Source of the DNA: a virus | Taxonomy: Duplodnaviria > Heunggongvirae > Uroviricota > Caudoviricetes | Reading direction: 5' to 3' (one strand) | DNA: 49,242 nucleotides | IMG/VR virus record: IMGVR_UViG_2690316195_000003 | Shown here: in pieces, positions 8,999 through 19,577 of the stretch | Layout of the letters: each line of letters starts with the position of its first letter | How positions within the stretch are numbered: position 1 is the first letter of the stretch | Notes under the pieces: model-generated | The model's input: only the letters and a program-made list of their open reading frames with translations | The model's database searches: none | Told to the model about the DNA's origin: nothing | Made by a program: the position numbers and the translations under genes

Positions 8999-9712
8999 TT
9001 AACCAGGATTTGGTTTCTTCGACGTAATCGTGCTGCTGCCGCTTTGAACACCAGTCACATCGTGGCTGTGGCCGCTGACGCTCACGCCGTTGATAACTGC
9101 ATCCATCTCGACATTAAGAGGACCAATCAGCGAAGCGGTTGTATCCTTCATCTGGGCTTTGTCCTGGACGATCGGTCCATTGAGGTGAATTTTCCCGTTC
9201 AGGAAAATATCTTCGGCCTCGAGGTAAACAGCTTTCGACTTTTGCCTGATTTCTTCCAGAGCCACCATTACCGAGCTACTGCCGTCCTCTGTTTTGAGGA
9301 TCGCGCCATCCGGACCGTACAAAACGATTTTTTGCGGATCTTCGTCGGACCACTCCTTGTTTGCCAATGGCACGAAAAACAGGGGAGTGAGCGACATCGA
9401 GTAAGAAAGCGTTGCCATACCGGTTCCCAATCCGGACACACCGCGCAGTGATACATCAGCGGCAATTGTTACTCCTCGATCGCCCGGCTGTATCGGGTAA
9501 CGGATATACGGGAATGTGGCGACAGGGATTGTTATCTGCGGGAAGTTGATCCCCTCCGGCAGCATATCAAACTGAACTGTCACTATTTGCCCGCAGATAT
9601 CGACAACATGGCAGGGCAATTCGCGGCCTTTAAGCTCGGCTTGCTGGTTACCAGAACTGGTCATCATCTCCGACAGTGTTCGGAGAAACGGTAATTTTTG
9701 AGCGTTTGACAT
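8999..9712 (-). CDS. baseplate assembly protein V / central spike-like
   Basis: 237-aa protein; size, position and C-terminal ...VSGHSHDVTG... segment are consistent with gpV-type spike proteins. Confidence 0.55.
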   Translation of the reverse strand: MSNAQKLPFLRTLSEMMTSSGNQQAELKGRELPCHVVDICGQIVTVQFDMLPEGINFPQITIPVATFPYIRYPIQPGDRGVTIAADVSLRGVSGLGTGMATLSYSMSLTPLFFVPLANKEWSDEDPQKIVLYGPDGAILKTEDGSSSVMVALEEIRQKSKAVYLEAEDIFLNGKIHLNGPIVQDKAQMKDTTASLIGPLNVEMDAVINGVSVSGHSHDVTGVQSGSSTITSKKPNPG

Positions 9713-10719
9713 TACACCCTCGCCCAGTTCTCAGCATATGCCTCAAATACCGTCACCCAGGCATCGCCATCGGCTGTCAGATACGAACCAATGTGTCTGA
9801 CTGATTTCACAAGAAATTTCCCGGTGAACGTGGTCGAATTTTTTGCGATAACGCTGGGTACCGTTGTATTAGCCATCACAATCGACGCAGCGCCAGAATA
9901 TAGCCCCTCCGGCAGTTTAACCACATCACCACATCTGATATCGCCTCTCATAGGGCATTTGAAACTGACGGTAAACGGCGCTATCCATGTCGGCTGCCCG
10001 ACCAGTTCATGGGCATGAATTGTTTTTGGCTCACCCCACTTTGCCGATGCGTTATCGTAGATTCGTATTCTGTCGGAAAGAATACTGATGGCGATTCCGC
10101 TATACCTTTCATTACGCATCATCGCAATAGAGGCGTTTTTTACGACCATAGCCAGCGAACCAATCTCCGTATATTTGCCCGTCCACGGCTCTGGCAAAAC
10201 CAGGTTGTCGCTGACTGTGCAATCAATAAGTTTATTGGGATATGCTTTTTGCAAAGCGCGGACTAAAACATCACCCACCCTTTCCCCTGCTTCCCCCTGC
10301 CCCTCAATTGAAAAAGGGTTACCGTCATCGGTTTTGCGTATGCTTGGATTTATTACCAGGTTTAAAGTCTGGTTCGTGCCGATCCAGTTGGCATAGGCCA
10401 GATAAATTTCACCATAGATTACCTCCCCCTGTTGATCCTTATTTGCCAGTGGTAACCCCTGAACAAAGCCTGCTTTCATACGTACCAGACAACCCTGCAA
10501 ACTTACGCTTTGCTTCAGCATGTCAATTGGTAATCCATAGATCGTCAGCATCGTACCCGAACAGACTACATCCAGGCCGGTTACTTCAAAGTCAAATTCA
10601 ACATGCAACCCACATCCTGGTGTTTCATTGGTATCAAAAGGTCCAATGGGTTTTCCATTGCTATCCACTGGCGGCTTGCCTGTTTTAGGATTAATAATTT
10701 CCAGTCGGTAATAACGCAT
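9712..10719 (-). CDS. phage tail / baseplate hub-like protein
   Basis: 335-aa ORF immediately upstream of the spike gene (stop/start overlap at 9712). Confidence 0.45.
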   Translation of the reverse strand: MRYYRLEIINPKTGKPPVDSNGKPIGPFDTNETPGCGLHVEFDFEVTGLDVVCSGTMLTIYGLPIDMLKQSVSLQGCLVRMKAGFVQGLPLANKDQQGEVIYGEIYLAYANWIGTNQTLNLVINPSIRKTDDGNPFSIEGQGEAGERVGDVLVRALQKAYPNKLIDCTVSDNLVLPEPWTGKYTEIGSLAMVVKNASIAMMRNERYSGIAISILSDRIRIYDNASAKWGEPKTIHAHELVGQPTWIAPFTVSFKCPMRGDIRCGDVVKLPEGLYSGAASIVMANTTVPSVIAKNSTTFTGKFLVKSVRHIGSYLTADGDAWVTVFEAYAENWARV

Positions 10720-10985
10720 TACGAAACCTCAAACTGATTCGTACTTTCGCGAAAAACAAGTTTCCCCGGAGAGCAAGGCAGCGCCAGATTGATGTCGTAA
10801 CTGTCAGGTGACGCGATCAAAGGCATGTATACAATCACGTCGCCTGAACTGTCTTTCAGTTCCAGGTAGTAACGATTTGCATACAGATTAAACGGAACGC
10901 GGGCGAATGTTTCATATTCTCCGATTCTGGCAGTGAACTGAAATGGTCCTCGCCCGTCAGGTTTGAAAGGAATTAACGTTGTCAT
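10719..10985 (-). CDS. phage tail protein, small
   Basis: 88-aa ORF translationally coupled to neighbours. Confidence 0.35.
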   Translation of the reverse strand: MTTLIPFKPDGRGPFQFTARIGEYETFARVPFNLYANRYYLELKDSSGDVIVYMPLIASPDSYDINLALPCSPGKLVFRESTNQFEVS

Positions 10986-11650
10986 AAGCCAAAACCAAAC
11001 TCCTGCACGACCTGGTTCTTAATACCTGACCACGATAGCGCCCCGTATGACGGCATCCCTTTATCAAATTTATCCAGAACGCTCGCCAGCGTTTTTACCG
11101 TTTGTTCGACAGACGACAATGGTTGCTCAAACTCAATCTGCCAGGTGTGCTGAACCTGCTTGTTCTGCTCAGAGAAACCGGATGTATCGATAAACGACCG
11201 CATCAGACAGCGCGTGTAGATGAAAGATGGCGTCATTACGGTGTAACAACCGCCATACTGGTTATGCATATCGAGCGCCATTTTCAGCGCCGTGAATGTC
11301 ATCCCCTTAGTGATGTAGCCACCGTCCTCCGTTGATGCCGGACGGATCATCTGCATGACTACCCGGTTAGGCTTCTTGACGGTCGCATTCGCTGCCGTTA
11401 CCTGGTTATAGAAATTCAGGTTGCAAATATCCTGCTGAACCAACGTTGTCCCCGCCATCGGGGTAAATGCCGCCATCGAGCGTGTACGAATCTCGCCATG
11501 CAGCAGACCGTTCACAATGCTTAGGCCTTCGGTCAAAACAGCAATCGGCATCACCCCGCCGGGAATTTTCGACGCTATGCCATCAACTAAAAGAATGGGC
11601 GATACTTCAAACGCCAGTTTGAAAGCTTGTCCAAAGTAATTAAGTGACAT
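10982..11650 (-). CDS. phage tail assembly protein
   Basis: 222-aa ORF directly downstream of the tape measure gene. Confidence 0.4.
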   Translation of the reverse strand: MSLNYFGQAFKLAFEVSPILLVDGIASKIPGGVMPIAVLTEGLSIVNGLLHGEIRTRSMAAFTPMAGTTLVQQDICNLNFYNQVTAANATVKKPNRVVMQMIRPASTEDGGYITKGMTFTALKMALDMHNQYGGCYTVMTPSFIYTRCLMRSFIDTSGFSEQNKQVQHTWQIEFEQPLSSVEQTVKTLASVLDKFDKGMPSYGALSWSGIKNQVVQEFGFGL

Positions 11651-11653
11651 GGT

Positions 11654-13732
11654 TTACCCCGGTATTTGTTGCATTCCGGCGAGTTGTGCCAGTATGTCGG
11701 AACCTGGTTTTTGTTGAACGTCGAGCCTGATTACCTGAGAAGTATTATTTGGTGAATATACCTTCCCCCGGTTCATTGCCAGCGCCCGCATCACATCATC
11801 GCCACTTACTGCACGAGCGGCGTCCCCATTTTCATGGTTAATAATGCCCTGAATTAGCTTTCTCATTATCTCAAAATTAGAACCATCGATTTTCTCCTTA
11901 ACACCTAATCCAGTGTACTGAGAGAGATAGCTTTTATAGGACGATGTGTTATTTCCATCAGATGAAGGGGCATAAATATCAATAATCTGATCAATCGTAT
12001 TTTTGCCGCGTTTCAGGTATAGCATTACTTGCCGATCTAAGGCAGCAATGCCTTCCAGCATCGTCGGGAAGCTGGCAAAACGGGCATTTGGCCCCGATTC
12101 CAGGGTAGCCCCTTTTTGTCCTGCGAAATTAAGATTTCCGGGATTGTTATTCCTGATCCCTCTGGATAAATATGCAGATCTGTTTACTTGATTTGAAAAT
12201 CCCTGCAATCCTCCAGGCCAGACCTTACCCGGATTGTTTTTTTGCCACTCCTGCACTTCGTTAAAATAATCAAAGTTGAAACGCCCCTCCAGCCCTTTCA
12301 TTTCCTCACTGGTGGTAGGTGTGTCATTTGTAGGAATAGCCAATCCAGCTACTGTTCCGGCTGTAGCCCCAAGAAGACTTCCACCAACAACACGGGCGGC
12401 AACTCCGGTCGTTGTGGCTGCCACAGCACCAACTCTCGATGGTCCAGCAAGTACTGCGGCCCCAAAAAGCCAGGGATGTTCAACCGCAAAACCAACAAAC
12501 CCGCTAAGTGCCTTAACAACCTTTGCAACATTTTCGGCAAAATTATTCAGGTCGTTATTAAAATGCGGGCCATTTACATACTTACCAAGTTTATCCAGAC
12601 CTGTTTCAACATCAGTCAAAATTCTTTTAAAGTTCTCACCGTTAAGGAAATTTAGACCAGCATTCTTTACACCATTAGATATTCTAATTAGCTGTACAGA
12701 GTTACCCGACATTGCCCCCTGAAATCCGCTGGTAAGTTGATCCCAGTTATTTTCTAAGTTGCTGGTAAGATTCTGATACTGGCTTGTATGTCCAGAGGTG
12801 AGCAACGAGTCATTCTGAGAAGCTCGCGATAAAAACTCTTTGTTGAGTTCAGGTATTTTGTCCTGATATTTGACTAACTGGTTAGCAATACCAAAATTTA
12901 CCCATCCAAGGCCACGACCTCTGAGCATGCTCTGAGTAAGTCCGGTTCCCTCATACTCCTTTGCAAGAGCAGCAACTCTTTCTAACAATACAGGAAGATT
13001 TTCTGCTGCCCCTTTTTTAGGATTTATCCCTAATCCAATTAGCCCGTTGTAGGCAGGATGCTGAGTGTCATTTTGCGCGGCTGCCAGTGTATTGAGCAAA
13101 TTACCAACACCGGAAAAATAAGGCGAATAAGTGCTTTCTGCCGCCTTTAGCTCTCCTGGCGTTGCCTGCAATTCATCAGCATTTTTCTGTTTCTCTACAA
13201 CATTACGAGCCATCATGCCAAAGCCAAACGGCCCGGCAACGCCCATAACCGCAAGTTTTGTCCCCCACGATACGGTGGTTTTAAACAGGTTGTTTAATCT
13301 CGAAGTGGTCGTCCGTAGCGTAGAATTGATCTGCTTGTAAGTTTTCAGCGTCTGTTTGGCTTTTTTCCCCAGCCCGCTGAGGTACTTATCAAACATCGTT
13401 TCGCCGCGACCTTTATAGTTGCTCACCAGCGAATCAGGTGTTTTCCCGCTGCCAACAAAGCGCCATTTTTCATCCCTTAAACGTCCATCAGTGGAAGCAG
13501 CCAGAACTGGCGCGGGTGAAGATGGTTTCCTGGGAGCCTGATTGGCTTCTCCGCCTGTGGTTGTCTGCCAAGAGCCACCTCCCGGACCTGTATTTGAAGG
13601 TATTTTAAGCGGCGTACCGGCAGGGCCAATCATCAGTCCGTTGCGATACTTTTCAAATATCGCCTCAAGCCGCCTGAGGTGTTCTTCATTAACATCCAGC
13701 GTCAGAACTGGCATCTGGTTACCAGCCATCAC
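11654..13732 (-). CDS. tail tape measure protein
   Basis: 692 aa; Gly/Ala-rich hydrophobic segments (e.g. GAAVLAGPSRVGAVAATTTGVAARVVGGSLLGATAGTVAGLAIP); located after the sheath/tube/chaperone genes. Confidence 0.6.
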   Translation of the reverse strand: MMAGNQMPVLTLDVNEEHLRRLEAIFEKYRNGLMIGPAGTPLKIPSNTGPGGGSWQTTTGGEANQAPRKPSSPAPVLAASTDGRLRDEKWRFVGSGKTPDSLVSNYKGRGETMFDKYLSGLGKKAKQTLKTYKQINSTLRTTTSRLNNLFKTTVSWGTKLAVMGVAGPFGFGMMARNVVEKQKNADELQATPGELKAAESTYSPYFSGVGNLLNTLAAAQNDTQHPAYNGLIGLGINPKKGAAENLPVLLERVAALAKEYEGTGLTQSMLRGRGLGWVNFGIANQLVKYQDKIPELNKEFLSRASQNDSLLTSGHTSQYQNLTSNLENNWDQLTSGFQGAMSGNSVQLIRISNGVKNAGLNFLNGENFKRILTDVETGLDKLGKYVNGPHFNNDLNNFAENVAKVVKALSGFVGFAVEHPWLFGAAVLAGPSRVGAVAATTTGVAARVVGGSLLGATAGTVAGLAIPTNDTPTTSEEMKGLEGRFNFDYFNEVQEWQKNNPGKVWPGGLQGFSNQVNRSAYLSRGIRNNNPGNLNFAGQKGATLESGPNARFASFPTMLEGIAALDRQVMLYLKRGKNTIDQIIDIYAPSSDGNNTSSYKSYLSQYTGLGVKEKIDGSNFEIMRKLIQGIINHENGDAARAVSGDDVMRALAMNRGKVYSPNNTSQVIRLDVQQKPGSDILAQLAGMQQIPG

Positions 13733-13793
13733 AATACTCCTGCGGGATTTTTGAATTTGAGCAGCTCACGAAACTGAGCTGCTGTTTTTACAT

Positions 13794-14423
13794 TTAGGCC
13801 GGAATCTGCACAGATGTCTCTGAATCCGGCTCCGGCTGAGTAGTCGAGGATGTCGCTGATGACGTGTTCGCCGTCGCGCCAGAACTGGCGGCTGATTTCA
13901 ATGTCGGCAATGAAGCGATCCATTCCGTAAGATTCAATAACGAGCATTGAGTGCTCCATACTCCATTGACCACATCCATAGTCCCCTTCGCCTGCTCCGG
14001 TGAATTTATCGACGAGACGCATGTAAAAAAAATGAGCTCACCCGCCACTTCATCCAAATCAATGATTTCACGCTCCAGCGCCATATCGAGAGGGATTGTG
14101 TCGTAGCCTTTACCCTCCACTGGGTAAACAAGGTTTGCCAGGCGAATGACCTCATTAACAAGTGTATTACGGACCCCTTTATCACCTTCCCAGATATTAG
14201 AATCACGCGAGATCCGCTCCAGCATCAAAAAAGCGATACGCGGACCCGCAACGACGCCAAGACCTTCTGAAAAAATGGCAGAAAAAGTTTTACTCAGAAT
14301 GAAGAAATGCTCTTTAAACACCTCTTTGCTGATCGGCGTGGCATGGATCCAGCCATTACCCTTTTCTGTCCGGACAGGAATAATCAGGTTTAAATTTCGC
14401 GCGATTTTCATACCAGATCCCAC
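13794..14423 (-). CDS. tail assembly protein (chaperone position)
   Basis: 209-aa ORF between tube and tape measure genes. Confidence 0.4.
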   Translation of the reverse strand: MGSGMKIARNLNLIIPVRTEKGNGWIHATPISKEVFKEHFFILSKTFSAIFSEGLGVVAGPRIAFLMLERISRDSNIWEGDKGVRNTLVNEVIRLANLVYPVEGKGYDTIPLDMALEREIIDLDEVAGELIFFTCVSSINSPEQAKGTMDVVNGVWSTQCSLLNLTEWIASLPTLKSAASSGATANTSSATSSTTQPEPDSETSVQIPA

Positions 14424-14851
14424 ATTTCAGAGTTGATGTAATACGTACCAGTAATGGTGATGGCCACACCCGGCTCGCCCCCGGCGAAGGTCATATCCTG
14501 CACGTTGGTGATCGCCGTGTTATAGATATCGAAGTCACCGAACACCGTGCTGTCGCTATACACTTTTGCGTCGCCGATCGTGGCATTCTTTTCCCATTGC
14601 GCCTTGAATTGTTTTCCCAGCGCCTGGCTACGCAGCAGATGAACACGCGCCTGTAAAATCATGTATGGCTGCGGCGACTGCACGGCTCCCGTCATAGCGG
14701 GTAAAAACTCCGTGATATTGCCCTGAAAGGACAATTCGACGCCTTCTTTTGCCAGAAAAGAGGCGGACACATTCAGTTCAGAATGGGAGGTGAATTTAAC
14801 GCTGGCGCGAACCCGGTTAAGGGTGCCAACGGGGAGCATTGGATTAGGCAC
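14408..14851 (-). CDS. tail tube protein
   Basis: 147-aa ORF immediately downstream of the sheath gene. Confidence 0.5.
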   Translation of the reverse strand: MPNPMLPVGTLNRVRASVKFTSHSELNVSASFLAKEGVELSFQGNITEFLPAMTGAVQSPQPYMILQARVHLLRSQALGKQFKAQWEKNATIGDAKVYSDSTVFGDFDIYNTAITNVQDMTFAGGEPGVAITITGTYYINSEMWDLV

Positions 14852-14862
14852 GGTTCAGTCCC

Positions 14863-16200
14863 TCACGAAAGCTGCATTGTCACATTGATGTTAAAAATGA
14901 TTTCGACAAATCCGCGCATCGGCGTATAGGAGGCCGAAAGGCCTGCATAACGCCCGATACCGTAATCATTGGGCTTAGTGTTGATATACTGGCGGAAAGG
15001 CACTGCATCGACGACAGGCTGACCGTTGACCAGGCCGTAAGATACGCCCGTATTGAACACCGCCTGTGCGACCTGCTGTAGACGGTCGATCCCGTCCTGG
15101 TTGTAGTAAAGCGGGTTAATTGAGTTATTGCTGCCGTTGATCACCGTGTTGGCGAGCTGCATATCAACATTAATCTGCACCCAGTCCACGGAATACCAGT
15201 ACGTCATATCGTTACCGTCACTGGTAACGCCTTTCACCAGAATCGTGTTGGAAATTCCCCCCTCAGCCCCCGTGTCGACGTAGTTAATATTCTGCTTCGT
15301 CATCGTGACCAGAATTGAAGTTTTGCCCTTGTGGGCGTTTACCGCCTGTAGATAGCGAAATACCATCGGCGGCACCTTGTTGATTTCTGAAGGTGATGCG
15401 GAAACATAGTTCCACATTACGGCTGCTGCCGCGTTTGTCGCCGGGTACGTATCATCCGCCGTTGCAATAACCGACTTAATACCGGCATAAGGCGAAACGT
15501 AATTCGTGTCGTCCGGCGTTTTCGTCAGCACGAAGAAATACTGCATCGCTTCGTTGGCGGTGTGGAGTTTTGCCAGACTGATAAACTCTGCGTCACCATC
15601 CCACGGCTGCGGCACCAGATACGCATAAAAACGCAGGAGCGGATCTTCCATATAAGCTTTCAGTGCAGCTATTTCCTTACTGACCCCACCTTTCTGTACT
15701 CCCAGCTCCAGCAGGTAAATCCCAACTGAATTTCCCTGGGCAAAAAACGTGTTTACTGCCGTCACCAGATTTTCACTGCCAACAATGGAAAACTGCCCCA
15801 GTGTCACTGGCGAACCGGAAAGCTGAGAATCAGCAATCGTCCAGGTCAGTGTTTTTTCATCCGTGACGGTAGCAGTATATTCGCCATTCCACGCGTCGGG
15901 CGAACACCCGGAAACAACAATTTTCACCTCAGAACTGTTTTCGCGTCGGATGTTGCTCCCTTCCGGAAGCGTCATCGTAACGGTGACGTTTGCCGCAGAT
16001 TTTCCTGCAGCAGCCGCCGACAACGCAGCAATCGGATTTCTTACCAGATCGTTAATATCCTGATTACGGGTGAGTAATACAGGCTTTCCCGGCTCATGAG
16101 TCGTGGAGCCAAACGAGAGAACAGCGGACATCTGCTGCAAATTCGAGGGAATGGCCCCGATGGTCTGGGACACATTCACCGTGACGATATTAAACCCCAT
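14863..16200 (-). CDS. contractile tail sheath protein
   Basis: 445-aa ORF preceding the tube gene; size and position typical of myophage sheath. Confidence 0.55.
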   Translation of the reverse strand: MGFNIVTVNVSQTIGAIPSNLQQMSAVLSFGSTTHEPGKPVLLTRNQDINDLVRNPIAALSAAAAGKSAANVTVTMTLPEGSNIRRENSSEVKIVVSGCSPDAWNGEYTATVTDEKTLTWTIADSQLSGSPVTLGQFSIVGSENLVTAVNTFFAQGNSVGIYLLELGVQKGGVSKEIAALKAYMEDPLLRFYAYLVPQPWDGDAEFISLAKLHTANEAMQYFFVLTKTPDDTNYVSPYAGIKSVIATADDTYPATNAAAAVMWNYVSASPSEINKVPPMVFRYLQAVNAHKGKTSILVTMTKQNINYVDTGAEGGISNTILVKGVTSDGNDMTYWYSVDWVQINVDMQLANTVINGSNNSINPLYYNQDGIDRLQQVAQAVFNTGVSYGLVNGQPVVDAVPFRQYINTKPNDYGIGRYAGLSASYTPMRGFVEIIFNINVTMQLS

Positions 16201-17144
16201 TATTTAACCTCATATTTACAAATGACTTTTTCAATCAACTGCCGGGATATTTCCCGGGCGGTGCTCTGGTAGTAATTCACGTCAAAATCGACAATCTTTT
16301 TCTTCGCCAGAGCGTTGATTTCAACCTGTCCCGACTTTGCGTCCTGAACCACCGGAATATTGGTTACACCAAACTTTTCCTCCTCCAGCGCCCTGTTCAC
16401 CACCGAGTCGACAAGATCCAGCGCCATTTTGTTGCTGAATCCGTAAAGCGTCAGGCGAACCGAATCCTGGACGAGCTGGAATCGCTCACCACCGAAAACA
16501 ACGGGAGCCACCTGCAAAGGAATACTGTTGCGAACATCCACCGCGATATACGGAGGGCGAAGGTTCTGCGGTACCAGGTAAGACGGATACACGGTCGCGG
16601 CATCTTTCATTTGCAGCCAGATCGGGATGCTGTTGGATATGATCTGCTCGTCGCTGATATCCTCCTCACAGTCGATAATCTGGGAACGCATGGTTGGCAA
16701 AATCGCCATGCCGCGATAATGAAAAATACCCGACTGCTGATAGCGGCTCTCCATTCGAGAAAAAGCGAACTGGACGCCGCCGTACTCACCGAGATAGATC
16801 GCATCGGGATTTTCCACATTAAAATCATCAACCTGCTGAACAGGCGTGAAAATAATGTTGTTCACATCCTTCGAGACAGACTCGTCCTGAATCGCAATAA
16901 CCTGACGATGCAGGCTGCCTTTGATTTTCAGACGAGTTGGTGACTCAATATTCAGACGACACAGTTCATCGCAACTGATGATTTCCGCATTAACCCAATA
17001 GACAAAACCATCCAGCGGCAGAACCTGCCGGACATAGAGCCTGAACGTGATTTCCTGGTCTGACGAGATGGTTTCAACTGCGGATTTAAGAACGGACGAG
17101 AGCTGCGAACTGTGCTGTTCGGCTAATTCTTCAAGACTCGGCAT
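16200..17144 (-). CDS. phage structural protein (neck / tail completion region)
   Basis: 314-aa ORF; stop/start overlap with the sheath gene. Confidence 0.35.
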   Translation of the reverse strand: MPSLEELAEQHSSQLSSVLKSAVETISSDQEITFRLYVRQVLPLDGFVYWVNAEIISCDELCRLNIESPTRLKIKGSLHRQVIAIQDESVSKDVNNIIFTPVQQVDDFNVENPDAIYLGEYGGVQFAFSRMESRYQQSGIFHYRGMAILPTMRSQIIDCEEDISDEQIISNSIPIWLQMKDAATVYPSYLVPQNLRPPYIAVDVRNSIPLQVAPVVFGGERFQLVQDSVRLTLYGFSNKMALDLVDSVVNRALEEEKFGVTNIPVVQDAKSGQVEINALAKKKIVDFDVNYYQSTAREISRQLIEKVICKYEVK

Positions 17145-17586
17145 TGTTATCTATCCACGCTATAAAGCTGCCCTTAAACAGGCCACCATCTATGAATGAC
17201 GGGCGCCGCTCCCCGGTATATTTGTCCTTAAGCCTTGAGTTAACACCCTGTAACGCAGCCTGGGTTGGGACCTGATTTCCGTTGATCGTCATTCCGGCCA
17301 TTTCTTCGGTTTCAAGAAATATATGGAAAATCTTCCCGGTCCCTTCCAGAAAATGCTCGCCAGGTAGCGGAGCCTTATACTTGAAGTGATTGACCAACTG
17401 GTACGCCAGTTCAGTACCTGCCTCCTGGATAATCTCGTCCTTATGCATTTCCCAGAAGTGCGTAAAAATTTCGTATCGCTCCTCGAGGTCACAGGCCACG
17501 TCAAACGTGGTTTTTCCCAGTTCGTCGCCGTAGTCATACGGCTGGTCGATAACCCCAAAACAAAGTTTCATGGCGTGTAACCCCAT
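17131..17586 (-). CDS. head-tail joining protein (putative)
   Basis: 151-aa ORF in the connector region. Confidence 0.3.
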   Translation of the reverse strand: MGLHAMKLCFGVIDQPYDYGDELGKTTFDVACDLEERYEIFTHFWEMHKDEIIQEAGTELAYQLVNHFKYKAPLPGEHFLEGTGKIFHIFLETEEMAGMTINGNQVPTQAALQGVNSRLKDKYTGERRPSFIDGGLFKGSFIAWIDNNAES

Positions 17587-18008
17587 ACCGTGCCCATCTG
17601 CATCAGCACCGCAACAACCTGTCGTCCATACGGATCCTGTAACATCTGCAAATCCAGCAAAGACAGATTACTCAGCGCGTCGCTGATGGTGATCGAACCA
17701 GATGTCCCCTGGTCTGCTGCCGCGCTGACAAGCCCGGTAGCCAGTTTCCCAAGGTTGAGTTTTTTTCTCAGGTCGGCAAACCACGAGCCGGGAGCGAAAT
17801 TCAGGAGAAATGAGGCGGCAGCGTTATAAACCGTTCGCACATAGATGATGGGTAAACGCTCCAGCCCCTGATCGTGAGGGATTAGCTCCATCGCAGACTG
17901 AAAGCAACATTCCAGCGTCGGATCATCGTCAGCAATAGCGTGAACCGGTACTTTCATGTCGTCACGAACAAAGCGAATAAATCCCTCCAGTGACGGACGC
18001 AAGGTCAT
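17568..18008 (-). CDS. head-tail joining protein (putative)
   Basis: 146-aa ORF in the connector region. Confidence 0.3.
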   Translation of the reverse strand: MTLRPSLEGFIRFVRDDMKVPVHAIADDDPTLECCFQSAMELIPHDQGLERLPIIYVRTVYNAAASFLLNFAPGSWFADLRKKLNLGKLATGLVSAAADQGTSGSITISDALSNLSLLDLQMLQDPYGRQVVAVLMQMGTVWGYTP

Positions 18009-18505
18009 TATTTTTTAACCTTAATATTTCGCTTTGTGCTGGGCGGATTTTCCTGTTCAGTGTTAATCGCTTCCCCGGTGATTTCCATTTCAATACCACC
18101 CGGTTGAGGTTTTTCGCCACTTTGAATCACTGCCTGATCCACTGCGTTATTCAGCGATACGGCGCTGGCTGCAAGAATTTCTTCTGACAGGGATTCCAGA
18201 TTTTCCGTTTTCTGCTCCGCGCAATCCTCAATGCGACCGACGCTCACAGGTTTATCGATGGAATAGCAGATACCGGAAAAATTCTTGTCCACCTTGTCAC
18301 AACGCTGGAATCCGTAAGGCTCATGCTGTCGGATGATGTGGTCGATAATATCGGACTGATTTTCGATCATATGCTGACGTCCGGACGGAATTGTCACACC
18401 GAACGACTGCGTTTTTTCGGGGAGTTTGTAGTTGAACGTGTGCGGCTGACGTGAGCAGTTAGCGATGTAGAGCTTCATAAATTTTTCCCACAAAAAAGGG
18501 AGCAT
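18008..18505 (-). CDS. head completion protein (putative)
   Basis: 165-aa ORF directly downstream of the capsid gene. Confidence 0.3.
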   Translation of the reverse strand: MLPFLWEKFMKLYIANCSRQPHTFNYKLPEKTQSFGVTIPSGRQHMIENQSDIIDHIIRQHEPYGFQRCDKVDKNFSGICYSIDKPVSVGRIEDCAEQKTENLESLSEEILAASAVSLNNAVDQAVIQSGEKPQPGGIEMEITGEAINTEQENPPSTKRNIKVKK

Positions 18506-18534
18506 TTAGCTCCCCGCGTTATCAGAGTGAACGT

Positions 18535-19563
18535 TTATGCGTATTTGGCAGACAACAGGGTGATCCCCTCAGGGCGGAAGTTCCAGCCCGGCGTCGCGCG
18601 CATGGTATACAACGTGGTCAGGCCGCCATCCGGCATAGGGGACGGGATTTCCGTCGGCGCTGCCATATCACAGAACATCACGTTGACGGCCTGCTGGTTA
18701 GGTACCAGCGTGGAGAAAATATTGGTGTTAATGGTGTGACGCGCTTCCGGAACCTCAATCGTCGGGTTCGTAACGATGATTAGGTCATTACCACCAGCGC
18801 CTTTACCGATCAGCGTGTCGTCCTGGCAGAACATGATGTCGTCGCCTGTCGCCTTATCGGCGACGTCTTTAACCATCGTTCCCACCGTTCCGGTACCACC
18901 ACCAGGACGCTGGTAACTGGTCAGCTCAACAATTCCTGTCCACTCCAGCGCCTTCATGAATCGCTGTGGGCTCAGAATAACAGTCGTTAATGGCTGCCCC
19001 AGCAGCAACATGCGGGTTTTCTGGTCAGCAATCAGGCCAAGCATAAATTTAGCCATCTCGCCGGAATCCCAGGTGGTGTACGAATCGTTACCTTTGCTGT
19101 CGTTGCCCAGATTCAGCGTCACTGCGTTCGGTGAGTTGGTGATCCCCTCGTTATTAGCTGCATTCACGCCATACAGCAGCATATTACGCAACATTTGAGC
19201 GTGTCCCTGACGGTTAGCCAGGCGCAGGCCTTCAATCAGAGAATAGCCCCAGCGATCTGCTGCATCAGTATCGAGATAGCTGTATTGCGAGCGGGAAGAA
19301 ATTCGGTAAGTCATCATTCCGTCATAGCCGCCAGAGATACTGGAAGACGGTAACTGACCCGGCAGAGACTGGCTGACCTGCGCCTGCGAGGTCATGCGCA
19401 GATATTTCTGATAGACCATCAAATCACTGGAACTGATTTTTACCGCTGGAGCACCACCAGCCAGGACTTCAAACGCCCCGGAAGCCATGCTCTGTTGCAC
19501 GATCATTTCCGGCAGCACCATTGACGGCGACACAATAGTAGTCGCAGGAGTAAATGCGCTCAT
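18535..19563 (-). CDS. major capsid protein
   Basis: 342-aa ORF following the scaffold/protease-like and decoration-like genes. Confidence 0.55.
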   Translation of the reverse strand: MSAFTPATTIVSPSMVLPEMIVQQSMASGAFEVLAGGAPAVKISSSDLMVYQKYLRMTSQAQVSQSLPGQLPSSSISGGYDGMMTYRISSRSQYSYLDTDAADRWGYSLIEGLRLANRQGHAQMLRNMLLYGVNAANNEGITNSPNAVTLNLGNDSKGNDSYTTWDSGEMAKFMLGLIADQKTRMLLLGQPLTTVILSPQRFMKALEWTGIVELTSYQRPGGGTGTVGTMVKDVADKATGDDIMFCQDDTLIGKGAGGNDLIIVTNPTIEVPEARHTINTNIFSTLVPNQQAVNVMFCDMAAPTEIPSPMPDGGLTTLYTMRATPGWNFRPEGITLLSAKYA

Positions 19564-19577
19564 TAATTAATATCCCC

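Noticed and set aside
13729-14040. Programmed frameshift in the tail assembly chaperone (8-nt homopolymer at 14025-14032 with overlapping alternative-frame ORF 13729..14022)
   Set aside because: The 209-aa ORF is continuous through this region and the alternative frame extends only about 20 codons further; no convincing slippery-site/extension architecture
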